64,000 nucleotides of DNA from Massalongia carnosa (lineage: Eukaryota), in contig OZ287075.1 in NCBI GenBank assembly GCA_965645245.1, positions 1,426,001-1,490,000 of the forward strand. The letters run 5' to 3'. The position numbers and the translations under genes were made by a program. Under the pieces are notes generated by a model that was not told the DNA's origin, did no database searches, and was given only the letters and a program-made list of their open reading frames with translations. Of this stretch, positions 62,623 through 64,000 are shown in pieces (position 1 is the stretch's first letter; the number at the start of each line of letters is the position of its first letter).

Positions 62623-64000
62623 CTAAGCGACAACTCCATCCCGTCTCCAGCCCTCAATCTCCGCGTCTCCGGCGCCCACAAGCTCACGTAAGATCTCGTC
62701 CGTGTGCTGGCCCAGAACTGGCGGGGGGAGCCGGATGCTCGGCGCCGAGTGGGAGAATTTTACAGGGGGGCTGACCATTTTGATGGAGCCGCAGAGGGGG
62801 TGGGTGATTGTGGTTATCATATTACGGGCGATGACTAAGGGAGGTTAGTTTCGGTGTGGGGGGTTAATGGGGATGGTGCGGAGGAAAGCTATGAAAAGGG
62901 TCAGGGAGGGATTGTGGGGGATCTAGGAAAGGATATGGAAACTTGTATATGGGGAGTGATGTGAACGAAGAAGAGTGATATTCAATGAAACCGTTTTCGG
63001 TTATGTGCAGGCGTTGAAATATTGCGGAGAGGCTCACCATGCTCATGGTTCAAAGTGGTCTGGATGTCGTTAACAGCAGCATACGGCACCCCACTCCCTT
63101 CCATCACGCGCTTCCATTCCGTGGTCGTCTTAGTGCACGTTTTGGCTTCGATGAGAGCTTCAAGGACGGTTCGATGTTCCACGCGGGAGCTATTGGTTCG
63201 GAACCGCGGGTCGATGGCCCATTCCGGTTTGCCGAGGCGGTCGCAAAGCAGGCTGAACAGGCGGTCATTACCACCACCGAAGAGGATATCGCCGTCTTGC
63301 GTGCGGAAGCTGGAATAGGGGACGATGGAGGCTGGTCGCGTTGTTAGAAAAGATAGCATATTCATATATACATTTCTTATGGCTTTTAGGACCACAAGTT
63401 AAGGGGAAAGGCCAAAGGGGTAGCATACGATGAGCAGTTCCCCAGCGGCCGGAATCGGGTTGACCACTGATTAAAGCAGAACTTGCAAGGTTCGTAAGGG
63501 TTGCTACTTGGCAGTCACTTAGAGCCACGTCGATATGCTGCCCCTTCCCAGTTCTCGCTCGTCCCAACAAAGCCGCCATTATCGAATTAGAGGTATAGAG
63601 ACCAGTCGTCAAGTCGGTCACAGCAACGCCTACTTTGACGGGTGGACCATCTCTTGAACCAGTAATATGCATCAAGCCCATTTCTGCTTCAACCATAACA
63701 TCATAGCCAGCTCTGTTGCGGTAAGGGCCTGTTTGGCCATAACCCGTGATGCTGGCATATATCAAGCTCGAGTTCAGCTGGTTGATGGTTTTGAAGTCCA
63801 TCTTGTATTTCTTGAGGGTATCCGGTAAATAGTTTTCCACGAGAACGTCACAGTCTTTGACTAGCTTATGGAGAATGTCAATCCCGGCCGGTGCAGCAAA
63901 TGAAAGCGCCAGAGACTTCTTATTTCGATTTACCTATGGAGGGGTCAAAAATTGCTCCAAATCAGGCTGATCTTGCATCTTACAGACAAGAAATAAGCAC
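62623..64000 (-). CDS. Family III (CaiB/BaiF) CoA-transferase, 5' end outside the window
   Basis: NRNKKSLAL, DVLVENY, IYASITGYGQTGPY..RAGYD, GKGQHIDVAL and PPVLGQHTDEIL motifs across several exons. Confidence 0.92.

Overview
Eukaryotic, intron-containing DNA from a filamentous ascomycete (Pezizomycotina; short GT-AG introns with RCTRAY branch sites). Conserved genes: VPS34, NSE4, an isovaleryl-CoA dehydrogenase / methylcrotonyl-CoA carboxylase alpha pair, a MARVEL-like membrane protein, an acidic hypothetical protein, a PHD-finger protein, BRF1, a ChAPs/exomer subunit, HIR3 and a partial family III CoA-transferase. Between them lie decayed tracts carrying a full-length intact Tad1-like LINE with a 12-bp target-site duplication, a DD34E Tc1-family transposon with RIP-type stops, two MITE-like remnants, a two-copy dispersed repeat and several relic genes. 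The standout observation is a tRNA-Thr(CGU) gene (31916-32049) split in the D-stem (position 24/25, not the canonical 37/38) by a 62-nt intron with all spliceosomal hallmarks (GTACAG donor, pyrimidine tract, GCTGAT branch site, TAG acceptor); removing it gives a canonical 72-nt cloverleaf. A consensus Pol III B-box in a tRNA-like fold also sits upstream of BRF1. All calls are made by eye; exon boundaries and relic-gene identities need computational confirmation.
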